DNA of 64,000 bases, taken from NCBI GenBank assembly GCA_963782665.1, contig CAWAKP010000007.1, positions 7,909-71,908 of the forward strand, read 5' to 3'. Positions 35,010 through 45,004 of the stretch are shown here, one piece after another. The number at the start of each line of letters is the position of its first letter. Position 1 is the first letter of the stretch. This stretch comes from an uncultured Actinomycetota bacterium (lineage in GTDB: Bacteria; Actinomycetota; Actinomycetes; S36-B12; CAIYMF01). The notes beneath the pieces were generated by a model, which saw only the letters and a list, made by a program, of their open reading frames with translations, was not told where the DNA came from and made no database searches. The translations under genes and the position numbers were made by a program.

Positions 35010-36912
35010 GAGCAGCCTCCGTCGGTCGAGCGAACTTCAGCGGGCTCGGCACCGTGGCGACCACACGGGTTCCGCGTCCCGGCGACGAGTCGAGGGTGAG
35101 CGTACCGCCGAGCAGCTCCATGCGTTCGCGCATGGAGTGCAGCCCGAAGCCCTCGCGGCCGGGCGGGAGCGAGCTCAGGTCGAAACCGTGCCCGTCGTCG
35201 GAGATGACGACGTTGCACAGCACGCCGTCATCGCGCACCGTGACGACCGCCGCGGTCGCCCCCGAGTGCTTGCGCACGTTGGTGAGCGCCTCCTGGACGA
35301 CGCGCAGCACCTGCACCTGCTGACGGGTCGGCAGCACGACCTCGTGCTCCGGGTCGATGTCCAGCGTGGTCGGGATGCCGCTCTGCTTGCTGTACTTCTC
35401 GACGTAGGCACGGAGGCTCTCGATGAGCGCGCGATCGACCCGACTGGCCTCGTGCAGGCCGAGGATGCTCTCGCGGACGTCGCTGTAGGCCTCGAGGCAG
35501 AGGTCGGCGAGGTCGGACACCTCGGTGTGCAGGTCGGGGAGGTCACGCACGTCGCGGGAGGCCTCCATCGCGCGAAGGCGGAGGTGCGTGACGCCGAGCA
35601 CCTGCGCCATGCCGTCGTGCATCTCTCGCGCGATGCGCTCGCGCTCCTCCACGATGGCGGTCTGCCGCTCGCGCTCGAAGAGTCGCGCGTTGGCGACGGC
35701 GATGGACGCGATCTCTGCGAACGTGGCGAGGAAGCGTCGGTCGCCCTCGTCGAACGGCTCGTCCTCGTACCTCGCGAGCCACAGGTCGCCGAAGGATCCT
35801 TCGGACCCGCGTATCGCGACGGTGACCGACTCCTCCACCAAGGGGTCGGATCGCAAGGGGCACACGAGAACTCCGTCGTGGGCACCGAGCGCGTGGCTCG
35901 GGTCGGGCGTGATGCACATGCTGCCGTCGCCGAGCGTGACGGCGCCGACGAGCGACTCGTCACCGAGCAGCGCCCGCACGATCGGTGCGTGCAGCGTGAT
36001 GACCGCCAGGTCGCACGCGAGCAGCGTCCGCGCGTGGTGCAGGAGCGCCGCCAGGGTGTCGGGCAGCGGGTTCTGGTTGGAGATCTGGAGCAGGACGTCG
36101 TAGAAGGCATGGCCCTCGCGCATGCCGCGCGAGAGGTCGGCGAAGAGCTCGGCGGACTGGATGGCGCCGGCGAGCTGCTGGCCGATCGTCTCGAGCGTGT
36201 CGATGGTCAGCTCGTCGCCGGGCGAGGCGTGGGCGGAGAAGCGCAGCCGCAGGCTGCCGACGGTGGTGGCGCCCGTGGTCAGCGGGATCTCCCGTGAGCG
36301 TCCGGCCATGTCGGTGGCGCCCGTCGACGGGTGCGCCGTACGTCGACGGATCGTGCGCTGCTCGGTGTTCCAGCGGCTCTCCCTGCCGAAGCGCACGATG
36401 CTCGCTTCTGTAGCGCCGGTGGCGGCCAGGACGCTGTCGAGCGAGACGTCGAGCACCTCGTCGAGCTCGAGCGCACCGCGGACGGCCCCCGACACGTCGT
36501 TCGCGGCGGTGAGCTCGCGGTTGCGCCGGGCGAGCTGGCGCTGGGTGCGCCCGACGATGCGGAACACCATCGCCGAGAAGGCCACGATGCCGAGCAGCAG
36601 GATCCCGAGCAGCACCAGGTCGATGGCGCGGGCGCGCACGGACTGGTCAGACGCCAGCTGACGCACGACCTCCAGGGCGACGAGGAACCCCACCGGGAGC
36701 GCGATGGTGAGCCGCCGCAGGGTGCGCAGGCTGACCGCCTGGCCGACGTCGCCCGCGCCGCCGGTCTCGGACGGGCGGGAACTGCTCGCGGGGTCCACCC
36801 CGGCACCTCCTCGTCGTCCGCCTCGGTCGTGCGCAGCATAGGACGGCGGCGTCCGGGAACCGGGATCGAGCGCGGAAGGGTGACCGGTTTGACAAGGGTC
36901 GGATCGGGGCAT
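34996..36912 (-). CDS. GAF-domain sensor histidine kinase (HisKA_3/NarX-type)
   Basis: N-terminal TM region, GAF-like central domains, H-box ERERIAREMHDGMAQVL, HATPase_c (..VISDDGHGF..). Overlaps the RR start by 14 nt. Start codon uncertain. Confidence 0.8.
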   Translation of the reverse strand: MPRSDPCQTGHPSALDPGSRTPPSYAAHDRGGRRGGAGVDPASSSRPSETGGAGDVGQAVSLRTLRRLTIALPVGFLVALEVVRQLASDQSVRARAIDLVLLGILLLGIVAFSAMVFRIVGRTQRQLARRNRELTAANDVSGAVRGALELDEVLDVSLDSVLAATGATEASIVRFGRESRWNTEQRTIRRRTAHPSTGATDMAGRSREIPLTTGATTVGSLRLRFSAHASPGDELTIDTLETIGQQLAGAIQSAELFADLSRGMREGHAFYDVLLQISNQNPLPDTLAALLHHARTLLACDLAVITLHAPIVRALLGDESLVGAVTLGDGSMCITPDPSHALGAHDGVLVCPLRSDPLVEESVTVAIRGSEGSFGDLWLARYEDEPFDEGDRRFLATFAEIASIAVANARLFERERQTAIVEERERIAREMHDGMAQVLGVTHLRLRAMEASRDVRDLPDLHTEVSDLADLCLEAYSDVRESILGLHEASRVDRALIESLRAYVEKYSKQSGIPTTLDIDPEHEVVLPTRQQVQVLRVVQEALTNVRKHSGATAAVVTVRDDGVLCNVVISDDGHGFDLSSLPPGREGFGLHSMRERMELLGGTLTLDSSPGRGTRVVATVPSPLKFARPTEAARAGQ

Positions 36913-36975
36913 GACCGGCCGTCCGACGTGTGTCCGGACGGCTCGGCCCCTCCCGGGGCCCTAGGAGGACCCATC

Positions 36976-37362
36976 ATGAGCAAGTCCCGCCGCTCTGCCG
37001 CCTTCGCCTCGGCCGCCGGCGCGGCCGCAGCCGCCGGCCCCAGCGGGCTCGTCGCCCGGCTCACCGCACTTCCGCGCCTCGTGCGTGACGTGCTGACCGG
37101 CCGCTTCACCGGCGTCAGCAGGGGTCGCCTGGCGCTCATGGCACTGGCCCTGCTCTACATCGTGTCGCCGATCGACCTGCTCCCCGAGGCGATCCTCACC
37201 CTCCCCGGTCTGGTCGACGACGTCGCCGTCGCGGGCTGGCTCGTCGCCGCCGTGCTCGGCGCCACCAGCGCCTATCTCACCTGGGAGGGCGCACCGCCCG
37301 GCGGAGTCCAGGACTTCGGCGCCGACCCGCGTGTGGTGCCGGGCGAGGTCGTCACCCCCTGA
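36976..37362 (+). CDS. DUF1232/YkvA-family membrane protein
   Basis: AGGAGG 8 nt upstream of ATG 36976. Motif YIVSPIDLLPE. Confidence 0.7.
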   Translation: MSKSRRSAAFASAAGAAAAAGPSGLVARLTALPRLVRDVLTGRFTGVSRGRLALMALALLYIVSPIDLLPEAILTLPGLVDDVAVAGWLVAAVLGATSAYLTWEGAPPGGVQDFGADPRVVPGEVVTP

Positions 37363-37396
37363 CCGTCGGCCGGTGGCCGGGTCTTCTGCGGTCGGA

Positions 37397-39220
37397 TCAG
37401 CGCTCCTCGAAGGCCGCGACGTCGGCCGTCGAGGAGCGCAGCCGTGCCGAGAGGCTGCGCGCTATGGCCATGACGAGCTCGGACGCCGACGTCGGGTCGC
37501 GTCGACGCAGCTCGGCGAACGACTCGGCCGTGAGGACGAAGCAGATCGTCGGCTCCAGGGCGACGATGCGGGTCGACCGGGAGTTGCCGTCGACCAGCGC
37601 GAGCTCGCCGAACGACGAGCCGGCCCCGATCGTGCTGATCCGACGATGCCCCTCCTGGCTGCGCAGGCGCACGTCGACCGCGACCCGGCCCTCGGCGACG
37701 AAGTACAGCCCGTCGGCCGGGTCGCCCTCGTCGAACACCGCGTCGCCCGCGGCGATCGCTCGGCTCGTCACGCGTTCCTCGATCGCCTGGACGGCGTAGT
37801 CGGGCAGTGCATGCAGGAGGTCGTGATCCCGCAGGACGACGACGCCGTGCGTCGGCCGCTCGTCGAGGCCCTCGCCCGCGAGCAGGTCGGTCTCGCACCA
37901 CTCGAGTGCGGCGTCCGCGTCGGGGAACCGGCGTACCGAGGACGGGAGGGCGTGGATGGCCTCGTGCGTGTGCGGGGCACGTGGCTCGACGATGCCCACC
38001 GTGACGTTGCTCGACTCGAGCGTCGCGACGAGGGAGGCGAGCAGGGCCTGTGCCGCCGGGTCGACGCGCGTGACCCGACGCAGGTCGAGGATTCGCCAGT
38101 GCGTCGCGACGTCGTCGTCGAGCACCGACCGGACGAGCTGTTCGGTGCTGGCGAAGCCCTCCTCGCCGACGAGCTCGTGCACCGCGATCGCGGTGGCTCG
38201 GACGTCGAGGACGGCGCGGTGCTCGTGGGGTCGGGCGCGCCGCGATCGCACGGCGTCGGCTCGATAGCTGCGTCGCAGCCCGCTCCGGGCACGCTCGGCC
38301 GGGAGCAGGAGGTGCAGGCCCAGGTCGTGGCTGAGCGCCTCGGTCGCGGCCAGGCCACGGACGCTCGTACCCCGCTCGTCCAGTCGTGGGCTGTGCACGC
38401 CGATGCCGAGCTGGCCGGGAAGGCTCGACACGATGCCGCCGCTGACGCCGCTCTTCGCGGGAAGTCCCACCCGGTAGAGCCACTCGCCGGCGTAGTCGTA
38501 CATGCCGCACGTCGCCATCACGGTGAGGACCGGTGCGACGACCTCGCGCGGCACCACGTGCAGGCCAGTCACCGGGTTGGTGCCGGCATTGGCGAGGGTC
38601 GCTCCCATCACGGCGAGGTCGCGGGCGGTCACGACGAGGGCGCACTGCCGGAAGTAGAGGTCGACCTGCTCCTCGACGTCGTCGTCGAGGAGGTCGGCCG
38701 AGCGCAGGAGGAAGCCGAGGGCACGGTTGCGGTCACCGGTCTCGCGCTCGGAGGCGAGCACCGCGTCGTCGACGGCGAGGTCGCGCCCGGCGAACGCCGA
38801 CAGCCCGCGCCTGATGCGCTCGAACTGCGCCTCGCGGTCGGCGCCGGACACGAGCGACGACGCGACGATGGCTCCGGAGTTGATCATCGGGTTGAACGCT
38901 CGACCGCTGCGCTCGTCGAGCGCGACGTCGTTGAACGCCTCACCGGTCGGCTCCACGCCGACCCGGGCGAGCACGTCGTCGTGACGGTCGGCGAGGGCGA
39001 GCGCGTAGACGAACGGCTTCGACACGCTCTGGATCGTGAACGCGGTGTCGTCGCCGGCGCTGTAGACGTGGCCGTCCAGCGTGGCGAGCGCGATGCCGAA
39101 GGCCGTCGCGTCGGCGGAGGCGAGCGCAGGGATGTAGGAGGCGAGCTCCCCGACCTCGAGGGTGGACGTGCGTCGGTGGATCTCGTCGAGCAGGGTCTCG
39201 ACCGGCCCGGTTCCGCTCAC
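37397..39220 (-). CDS. glsA: glutaminase A fused to STAS-like and cyclic-nucleotide-binding domains
   Basis: GTG 39220. Glutaminase motifs (QSVSKPF, NPMINSGAI, LPAKSGVSGG). C-terminal cNMP-binding signature (GDPADGLYFVAEG..FGELAL). Confidence 0.8.
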   Translation of the reverse strand: MSGTGPVETLLDEIHRRTSTLEVGELASYIPALASADATAFGIALATLDGHVYSAGDDTAFTIQSVSKPFVYALALADRHDDVLARVGVEPTGEAFNDVALDERSGRAFNPMINSGAIVASSLVSGADREAQFERIRRGLSAFAGRDLAVDDAVLASERETGDRNRALGFLLRSADLLDDDVEEQVDLYFRQCALVVTARDLAVMGATLANAGTNPVTGLHVVPREVVAPVLTVMATCGMYDYAGEWLYRVGLPAKSGVSGGIVSSLPGQLGIGVHSPRLDERGTSVRGLAATEALSHDLGLHLLLPAERARSGLRRSYRADAVRSRRARPHEHRAVLDVRATAIAVHELVGEEGFASTEQLVRSVLDDDVATHWRILDLRRVTRVDPAAQALLASLVATLESSNVTVGIVEPRAPHTHEAIHALPSSVRRFPDADAALEWCETDLLAGEGLDERPTHGVVVLRDHDLLHALPDYAVQAIEERVTSRAIAAGDAVFDEGDPADGLYFVAEGRVAVDVRLRSQEGHRRISTIGAGSSFGELALVDGNSRSTRIVALEPTICFVLTAESFAELRRRDPTSASELVMAIARSLSARLRSSTADVAAFEER

Positions 39221-39370
39221 GGCACCCGCTCTCCTCGACGTCGGTGGCGTGGGGTCAGCCTGCCATCCGCCCGGCGTCCGCGGGCGCGCCCGCGTCGCTT
39301 GCCCTTTTCTTGGTCGGCAACCAAGATAGATCAGGGCGGACCTTCCGCCGCTCGTGACGTGGGAGCGCGC

Positions 39371-40411
39371 ATGTCGATCGACACGACCCGGACGCCGGCG
39401 GAGCTCGGATTCGCCATGCCGGCCGAGTGGGAGCCGCACGCGGGCTGCCTCATGCAGTGGCCGGCCCGGGACGAGCTCTGGGCAGGGTCGCTGGCCGCCG
39501 CGAAGGCCGACTACGCGACGGTCGCCCGTGCGATCGCCGCGTACGAACCGGTGGTGATGGTGTGCCCGCCCGGATCGGCGCGCGAGGTGCGCGACCTGTG
39601 CGGGGCCGGCGTCACCGCCTGGGAGATCCCGATCGACGACTCGTGGGCGCGCGACAGCGGACCGGCCTTCGTGCGCGACGTCGAGGGTCGCTTCGCGGTG
39701 GTGAGCTTCCGGTTCAACGCGTGGGGCGAGCGCTGGCACCCGCACGGCGACGACGACGCGCTGGCCGGACGCGTCGGAGAACGCCTGGGACTGCCGGTGT
39801 TCCAGGCGCCGATGGTGCTCGAGGGCGGCGCCTACTTCGTCGACGGTGCCGGCTCGCTGCTCACCACCGAGCAGTGCCTGCTCAACCCCAACCGCAATCC
39901 CACGATGACGCGGAAGCAGATCGAGCACACGCTCGGAGACCACCTCGGTGTCAGCACCGTCGTCTGGCTGCCCTTCGGGCACAGCCTCGACACCGGGCCG
40001 GCCGGCACCGACGGTCACGTCGACGGTGTCGCGCAGTGGGTGGGCCCGGGTCGGGTGCTGCTCGAGCTGCCGACCGACCCGTCCTCGACGGAGTACGACC
40101 GGTCGCAGGCCAACCTGACGGCGCTCCGCGAGGCGCGGCTCGCCGACGGCAGCGCGGTCGACGTCGTCCCGCTCGACCCCGGCCCGGACACCGAGGTGTC
40201 CTTCGCCAACCACTACCTCGCCAACGGCGCCGTGATCGTCCCGGTGAACGGTGACTCACGCGACGATGCGCCGTTGGCGGCGCTCGCGGCCATCTACCCC
40301 GACCGCGACATCGTCGGCGTCCCCGGCGCCGTGCTCGCCTTCGGAGGCGGCGGGCCGCACTGCATCACCCAGCAGGTGCCGCTCGGCGTCGACCTCGACG
40401 TCGACCGATGA
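39371..40411 (+). CDS. aguA: agmatine deiminase family protein
   Basis: MPAEWEPH, DDSWARDSGP, catalytic-Cys motif GGGGPHCITQQ. Confidence 0.85.
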   Translation: MSIDTTRTPAELGFAMPAEWEPHAGCLMQWPARDELWAGSLAAAKADYATVARAIAAYEPVVMVCPPGSAREVRDLCGAGVTAWEIPIDDSWARDSGPAFVRDVEGRFAVVSFRFNAWGERWHPHGDDDALAGRVGERLGLPVFQAPMVLEGGAYFVDGAGSLLTTEQCLLNPNRNPTMTRKQIEHTLGDHLGVSTVVWLPFGHSLDTGPAGTDGHVDGVAQWVGPGRVLLELPTDPSSTEYDRSQANLTALREARLADGSAVDVVPLDPGPDTEVSFANHYLANGAVIVPVNGDSRDDAPLAALAAIYPDRDIVGVPGAVLAFGGGGPHCITQQVPLGVDLDVDR

Positions 40412-41019
40412 CGACGGGCAGTCTCGTCGAGACCCGGCGGGCGAAGGGGCGCGAGCGCGAGGCGCTCATCGTCGCGGCGGCGATCGAGGTCATCGCCGAG
40501 CGGGGCCTCCCCTACACCCGCATCTCCGACGTCGCCGCCCGTGCCGGGATGACTCCCGGGCACGTGAGCTATTACTTCCCGTCGAAGAACGACCTGCTCA
40601 TGCGGGCGATCGAGGAGAGCGAGGCCGGTCTCGTCGACGAGCTGCTGGCGACGCTGAGCCGGGTCCGCGATCCGTGGCGGCGTCTCGACCGGCTCGTCGA
40701 GCTGTCGGTGGCGACGGGGCCGGGGGATCCCGGTTGGGTGCTGTGGTTCCAGGTCTGGCTCGAGGGTGCGCTCGACGACACGGTCGCGCGCGGCCACGAC
40801 GCGCTCGGTGCGCGCTGGCGTGCGGTGCTCGGCGACGTCGTCGACTACGGCGTGCAGCGCGGCGCCTTCCGACCGGTCGTGGTCGACGAGGTCGCCGACA
40901 TCGTGTCGGCGGCCGTCGACGGCCTCTCGATCCAGCTGACGCTGGGCGCGGACGGCATGTCCCGCGCCCGGCTGCTGTCCCTCGTGCGCTCGACCACCCG
41001 GGCGCTCCTGGCACCGTGA
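40408..41019 (+). CDS. TetR-family transcriptional regulator
   Basis: N-terminal HTH ISDVAARAGMTPGHVSYYFPSKNDLL. ATGA overlap with the upstream gene. Confidence 0.85.
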   Translation: MTTGSLVETRRAKGREREALIVAAAIEVIAERGLPYTRISDVAARAGMTPGHVSYYFPSKNDLLMRAIEESEAGLVDELLATLSRVRDPWRRLDRLVELSVATGPGDPGWVLWFQVWLEGALDDTVARGHDALGARWRAVLGDVVDYGVQRGAFRPVVVDEVADIVSAAVDGLSIQLTLGADGMSRARLLSLVRSTTRALLAP

Positions 41020-41071
41020 GGCGACAAACCGGCGGGACGTCGTCCACCGTGGGTCCTACTGTCCTGGTGCT

Positions 41072-42304
41072 GTGAGCCTGTTCGAACGCGTCGCGCCGTC
41101 CCGCATGGGCGTGAGCTTCCGCTGGCTCCTCGCGTCGTCGACGGCGAGCAACATCGGGGACGGCCTCGCGCTGTCGGCCGGCCCGCTCCTCGTCGCGTCC
41201 CAGACGAGCAACGCCGTCCTCGTCGCGATGGCCGGGCTGCTGCAGCGGCTGCCGTGGCTGCTGCTCGGCCTCTACGCGGGTGCGATCGCGGACCGGGTCG
41301 ATCGTCGGATCCTCGTGATGGCGTCGGACGGCGTGCGCGCTGTGGTGGTCGGCATGCTGTGCGTGGTCATCGCGACCGGTCACGTCAGCATCGGTGTCGT
41401 GCTGGTGGTCATGCTGCTGCTGGGCGTGGCCGAGGTGTTCGCCGACACCACGGGCCAGACGCTGCTCCCGATGCTCGTCCGGAGCGAGGACCTCGGAATC
41501 GGCAACGCGCGCTTCCAGGCAAGCTCCCTGGTGTCGAACCAGATCGTCGGACCTCCGCTGGGTGCATTCCTGTTCGCCGCCGGGATGGTCTGGCCGTTCG
41601 TGGCCCAGGCGGTGCTCGTGGCCCTGGCGGTGGTGCTGGTCGCCCGCATCGCCACGCCCAAGGGCGCGGTGCGCGACGTGGAGGGCACGCACGTCGTCAG
41701 CGACATCGTCGAAGGAGTTCGCTGGCTGCTGCACCACGACGCGGTGCGCACGCTGGCCCTCGTCATCGTCGCGTTCAACGTGACCTGGGGTGCGGCGTGG
41801 GCCGTCCTCGTCCTCTACGCCCTCGACCACCTGCACATGAGCGAGGTCGGCTACGCCCTGCTCACCACAGCGGGGGCTCTCGGCGGTCTCGCGGGCACCC
41901 TGTCCTTCGGCTGGATCGAGCGGCACGTCGACCTGGCGACGGTCATGCGCACCTGCCTCCTGCTGGAGGTCGCGACTCACCTGGCCTTCGCCCTGACCAC
42001 CACGGGGTGGGTGGCGATGCTGATCATGCTCGTCTTCGGCGCCTACGCGTTCGTCTGGGGGACGGTGGCGCAGACGGTGCGGCAGCGGGCGACGCCGAAG
42101 GCGTTGCAGGGGCGCGTCGGCAGCGTCTACCTGGTCGCCGTCTTCGGCGGTCTCGTCGTCGGCCAGGCGCTGGGTGGCTGGATCGCGCAGACCTGGGGGC
42201 TGACGGCGCCGTTCTGGTTCGCCTTCGTGGGTTCGGGGATCACGCTGGCCCTCGTGTGGCGCCAGCTCTCCTACGTGGCCCATGCGACGCCCGCCGACGA
42301 CTGA
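41072..42304 (+). CDS. MFS transporter
   Basis: 410 aa, 12 predicted TM segments, GAIADRVDRR loop motif. Confidence 0.8.
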   Translation: MSLFERVAPSRMGVSFRWLLASSTASNIGDGLALSAGPLLVASQTSNAVLVAMAGLLQRLPWLLLGLYAGAIADRVDRRILVMASDGVRAVVVGMLCVVIATGHVSIGVVLVVMLLLGVAEVFADTTGQTLLPMLVRSEDLGIGNARFQASSLVSNQIVGPPLGAFLFAAGMVWPFVAQAVLVALAVVLVARIATPKGAVRDVEGTHVVSDIVEGVRWLLHHDAVRTLALVIVAFNVTWGAAWAVLVLYALDHLHMSEVGYALLTTAGALGGLAGTLSFGWIERHVDLATVMRTCLLLEVATHLAFALTTTGWVAMLIMLVFGAYAFVWGTVAQTVRQRATPKALQGRVGSVYLVAVFGGLVVGQALGGWIAQTWGLTAPFWFAFVGSGITLALVWRQLSYVAHATPADD

Positions 42305-42456
42305 TCGCCCGCCGCCCGCGGGTCGGCCAGAAGTACGAGGCCGATGCCGTGCCACGGGACGGGAGGAGTCCGTCCCGCCCGCCGATGCGGCCGAAGTACC
42401 CGCGACGACACCCTGGCTGCAGGACGCGCGGTGCGTCCGCGCTGAGGGAGGTCGTC

Positions 42457-43131
42457 ATGTCGTCGAGGTGGCACTGGCTCGTTCCGACCGGGCTGGTCAC
42501 ACTGAGCCTGGTACCGGTGGCGGCGGGGTCGGCCCGGCTCGCGCAGCTCGCAACCGGTGTCGCGGCGACGCCGGCGAACGAGCGCTTCGTGTCCACGCCG
42601 CTGCCCGTGGTCTTGCACATCGTGGGCGCGACGATCTTCTGCCTGCTCGGCGCGCTGCAGTTCTCGACCAGCCTTCGGCGCCGCGCGTGGCACCGGCGCG
42701 CCGGCCGGGTCGTCATCCCCGCCGGTCTCGTCGCCGCGCTGTCGGGACTGTGGATGGCCGTCTACTACGACCTTCCCGCCACCGACAACCGCGCGCTCGA
42801 GGGCATGCGTCTTCTGGTCGGCGCCGGCATGGTGACGTCGCTCGTGCTCGGGCTTCTCGCCGTACGGCAACGGGACTTCGGCGAGCACCGGAACTGGATG
42901 ATGCGCGGCTACGCCCTCGGCATCGGTGCCGGGACGCAGGTGCTGACGAACGTGCCGTGGGTGATCGCGTTCGGCACCCCGTCGCCGGGGGTGCGGGCCG
43001 GTCTCATGGGTGCCGGCTGGGTGATCAACCTGGCCGTCGCCGAGTGGTTCATCCGCCGCCGACCGGCGCCCGTCCCGAGAGGACCGAGGACGACGCGCGT
43101 CCTCGTGACCGAGGGCTCGGCGACCCCGTGA
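42457..43131 (+). CDS. DUF2306-like membrane protein
   Basis: GAGGGAGG upstream of ATG 42457. 5-6 TM. The rest of ORF 41254..43131 is shadow. Confidence 0.6.
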   Translation: MSSRWHWLVPTGLVTLSLVPVAAGSARLAQLATGVAATPANERFVSTPLPVVLHIVGATIFCLLGALQFSTSLRRRAWHRRAGRVVIPAGLVAALSGLWMAVYYDLPATDNRALEGMRLLVGAGMVTSLVLGLLAVRQRDFGEHRNWMMRGYALGIGAGTQVLTNVPWVIAFGTPSPGVRAGLMGAGWVINLAVAEWFIRRRPAPVPRGPRTTRVLVTEGSATP

Positions 43132-43201
43132 GCGCCGCGGGCCGCGAACGGATCCGACTTCCGGCCGATGCCGTGCGTGGCCCGATCCCTAGTCTGAGTC
43201 C

Positions 43202-44353
43202 GTGATGGGACGGGTGCGCGCGCTGTGGGGCGTCCCTCGGGTGAGCGGGGCGACCGGTCCGGCGCGGGCCGACTGGGTGCTGGTCGGCGTCCTCCTCGTG
43301 GCGGTCGCACTCGAGGGGACATGGCGCGGCGACGTGGCGTGGCGTCCCGTCGCTGTCGTGCTCGGTGCCGTGGTCGTGCTGTGCCTGCCCTGGCGGCGCG
43401 TGCTCCCCGGGCGGTGCGTGGGCGTCGCATTCGGATCCATCGTGGCCGTTCAGGTCGCGAGCATCGTCGTGGGGACCGGTGCGTCCGTGGGCCTCACGAC
43501 GTCGGCGTGCGTTCTCCTCATCGTGTACGCCGTGGCCCGTTGGGGTTCCGGCCGCGAGATGGTGCTGCTCGTCGGGCTCCTCGCGACCGTGTTCGTCCTC
43601 GGCTACCACCGGGACTACCGGACCGTGAGCGATGCCGTCGGAGAGGCCGTCGTCCTGAGCTTCCCGGTGCTGCTCGGCGTCGCGGTGCGGGCCCAGACGA
43701 CTTCACGCGCACGTGAGCTCCAGGCGGTGCGCGTGTCGGAGCGCGAACAGCTCGCCCGTGAGCTGCACGACACCGTCGCGCACCACGTCTCCGCGATGGT
43801 CGTCCGGGCGCAGGCCGGTCGCGTCGTCGGCGCCGCTCGACCGGAGGCGGCCATCGAGGCACTACAGGTGATCGAGGCCGAGGGCGCGCGCACGCTCGCG
43901 GAGATGCGGGTCCTTGTCGGGGCACTGCGCGACGACGGTGACGGCGTCCCGCCGCTGTCGCCTGGCGCATCGGTGCGCGACATCGAAGGGCTGACCGCTG
44001 GCCGCGCCGACGGGGCGCGGGTATTGGTCACGATCACCGGCGACGTCGACGACGTCCACCCGAGCGTGGCGGCTGCACTGTTCCGGATCGCGCAGGAGTC
44101 GGTCACCAACGCGACGCGTCATGCGGCGGACGCTTCGACGATCGACGTCGATGTGCGCGTCGAGGGCGACGACCTGCATCTCGTGGTGCGCAACGACGGA
44201 ACGCCGCCCGAGCCCGACGGCGTCACCGGGTTCGGGATCGTCGGGATGAGCGAGCGGGCGGCACTTCTCGGCGGCTCGCTCCTGGCGGGTCCGGACGCCG
44301 GTGGTGGCTGGGTCGTCGATGCCGTGCTGCCGCGGTCGGGGGTGTCACGGTGA
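43202..44353 (+). CDS. sensor histidine kinase (HisKA_3)
   Basis: Multi-TM N-terminus, H-box REQLARELHDTVAHHVS, HATPase_c. Confidence 0.85.
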   Translation: MMGRVRALWGVPRVSGATGPARADWVLVGVLLVAVALEGTWRGDVAWRPVAVVLGAVVVLCLPWRRVLPGRCVGVAFGSIVAVQVASIVVGTGASVGLTTSACVLLIVYAVARWGSGREMVLLVGLLATVFVLGYHRDYRTVSDAVGEAVVLSFPVLLGVAVRAQTTSRARELQAVRVSEREQLARELHDTVAHHVSAMVVRAQAGRVVGAARPEAAIEALQVIEAEGARTLAEMRVLVGALRDDGDGVPPLSPGASVRDIEGLTAGRADGARVLVTITGDVDDVHPSVAAALFRIAQESVTNATRHAADASTIDVDVRVEGDDLHLVVRNDGTPPEPDGVTGFGIVGMSERAALLGGSLLAGPDAGGGWVVDAVLPRSGVSR

Positions 44354-45000
44354 CGATCCGCGTGCTGGTCGCCGACGACCAGGAGATCGTGCGCACCGGG
44401 CTGCGGATGATCCTCGATGCGCAGCCCGACATCGAGGTCGTGGCCGAGGCGGCCGACGGCGTCGAGGCGGTGCGCCTCGCCCGCGAGCTGCGACCGGACG
44501 TGTGCCTGCTCGACATCCGGATGCCGCGGCTCAACGGGCTCGAGGCGACGCGAGCGCTCGCCGGGCCGGACGTCGCCGATCCCATCGCGGTCGTCGTGAT
44601 CACGACGTTCGACCTCGACGAGTACGTGCACGGCGCGCTCAAGGCGGGTGCGCGCGGCTTCCTGCTCAAGGACGCGGGCCCGGACCTGCTGGCCCAGGCG
44701 GTGCACGCCGCCGCCAACGGCGAGGCGCTCATCGCCCCGAGCGTGACCGTTCGTCTGCTCGCCGCCTTCGCGGCGAGCTCGCCGTCGACGCCCGCGCAAC
44801 CCGTCGACCCGCTGACCCCGCGTGAGGAGGAGGTGCTGCTGGCGGTCGCCCGCGGTCGTACGAACGCCGAGATCGGTGACGAGCTGCACATCAGCCTCAG
44901 CACGGTGAAGACGCACCTCGCGAGCCTCATGGCCAAGCTGAACGTGCGGAACCGCGTCGAGATCGCGCTCTGGGCCTACGAGACGGGCCGACTCACCTGA
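44350..45000 (+). CDS. NarL/LuxR-family response regulator
   Basis: IRVLVADDQEIVR.., C-terminal LuxR HTH (LTPREEEVLLAVARGRTNAEIGDELHISLSTVKTHL). Overlaps the kinase stop. Confidence 0.9.
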   Translation: MTIRVLVADDQEIVRTGLRMILDAQPDIEVVAEAADGVEAVRLARELRPDVCLLDIRMPRLNGLEATRALAGPDVADPIAVVVITTFDLDEYVHGALKAGARGFLLKDAGPDLLAQAVHAAANGEALIAPSVTVRLLAAFAASSPSTPAQPVDPLTPREEEVLLAVARGRTNAEIGDELHISLSTVKTHLASLMAKLNVRNRVEIALWAYETGRLT

Positions 45001-45004
45001 GGCC

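Noticed and set aside
36913-36975. Inverted repeat GCCGTCCG..CGGACGGC in the 63-nt divergent region between the GAF kinase and the DUF1232 gene
   Set aside because: Short arms in GC-rich DNA occur by chance. The kinase start codon itself is uncertain, so the repeat may even be coding.
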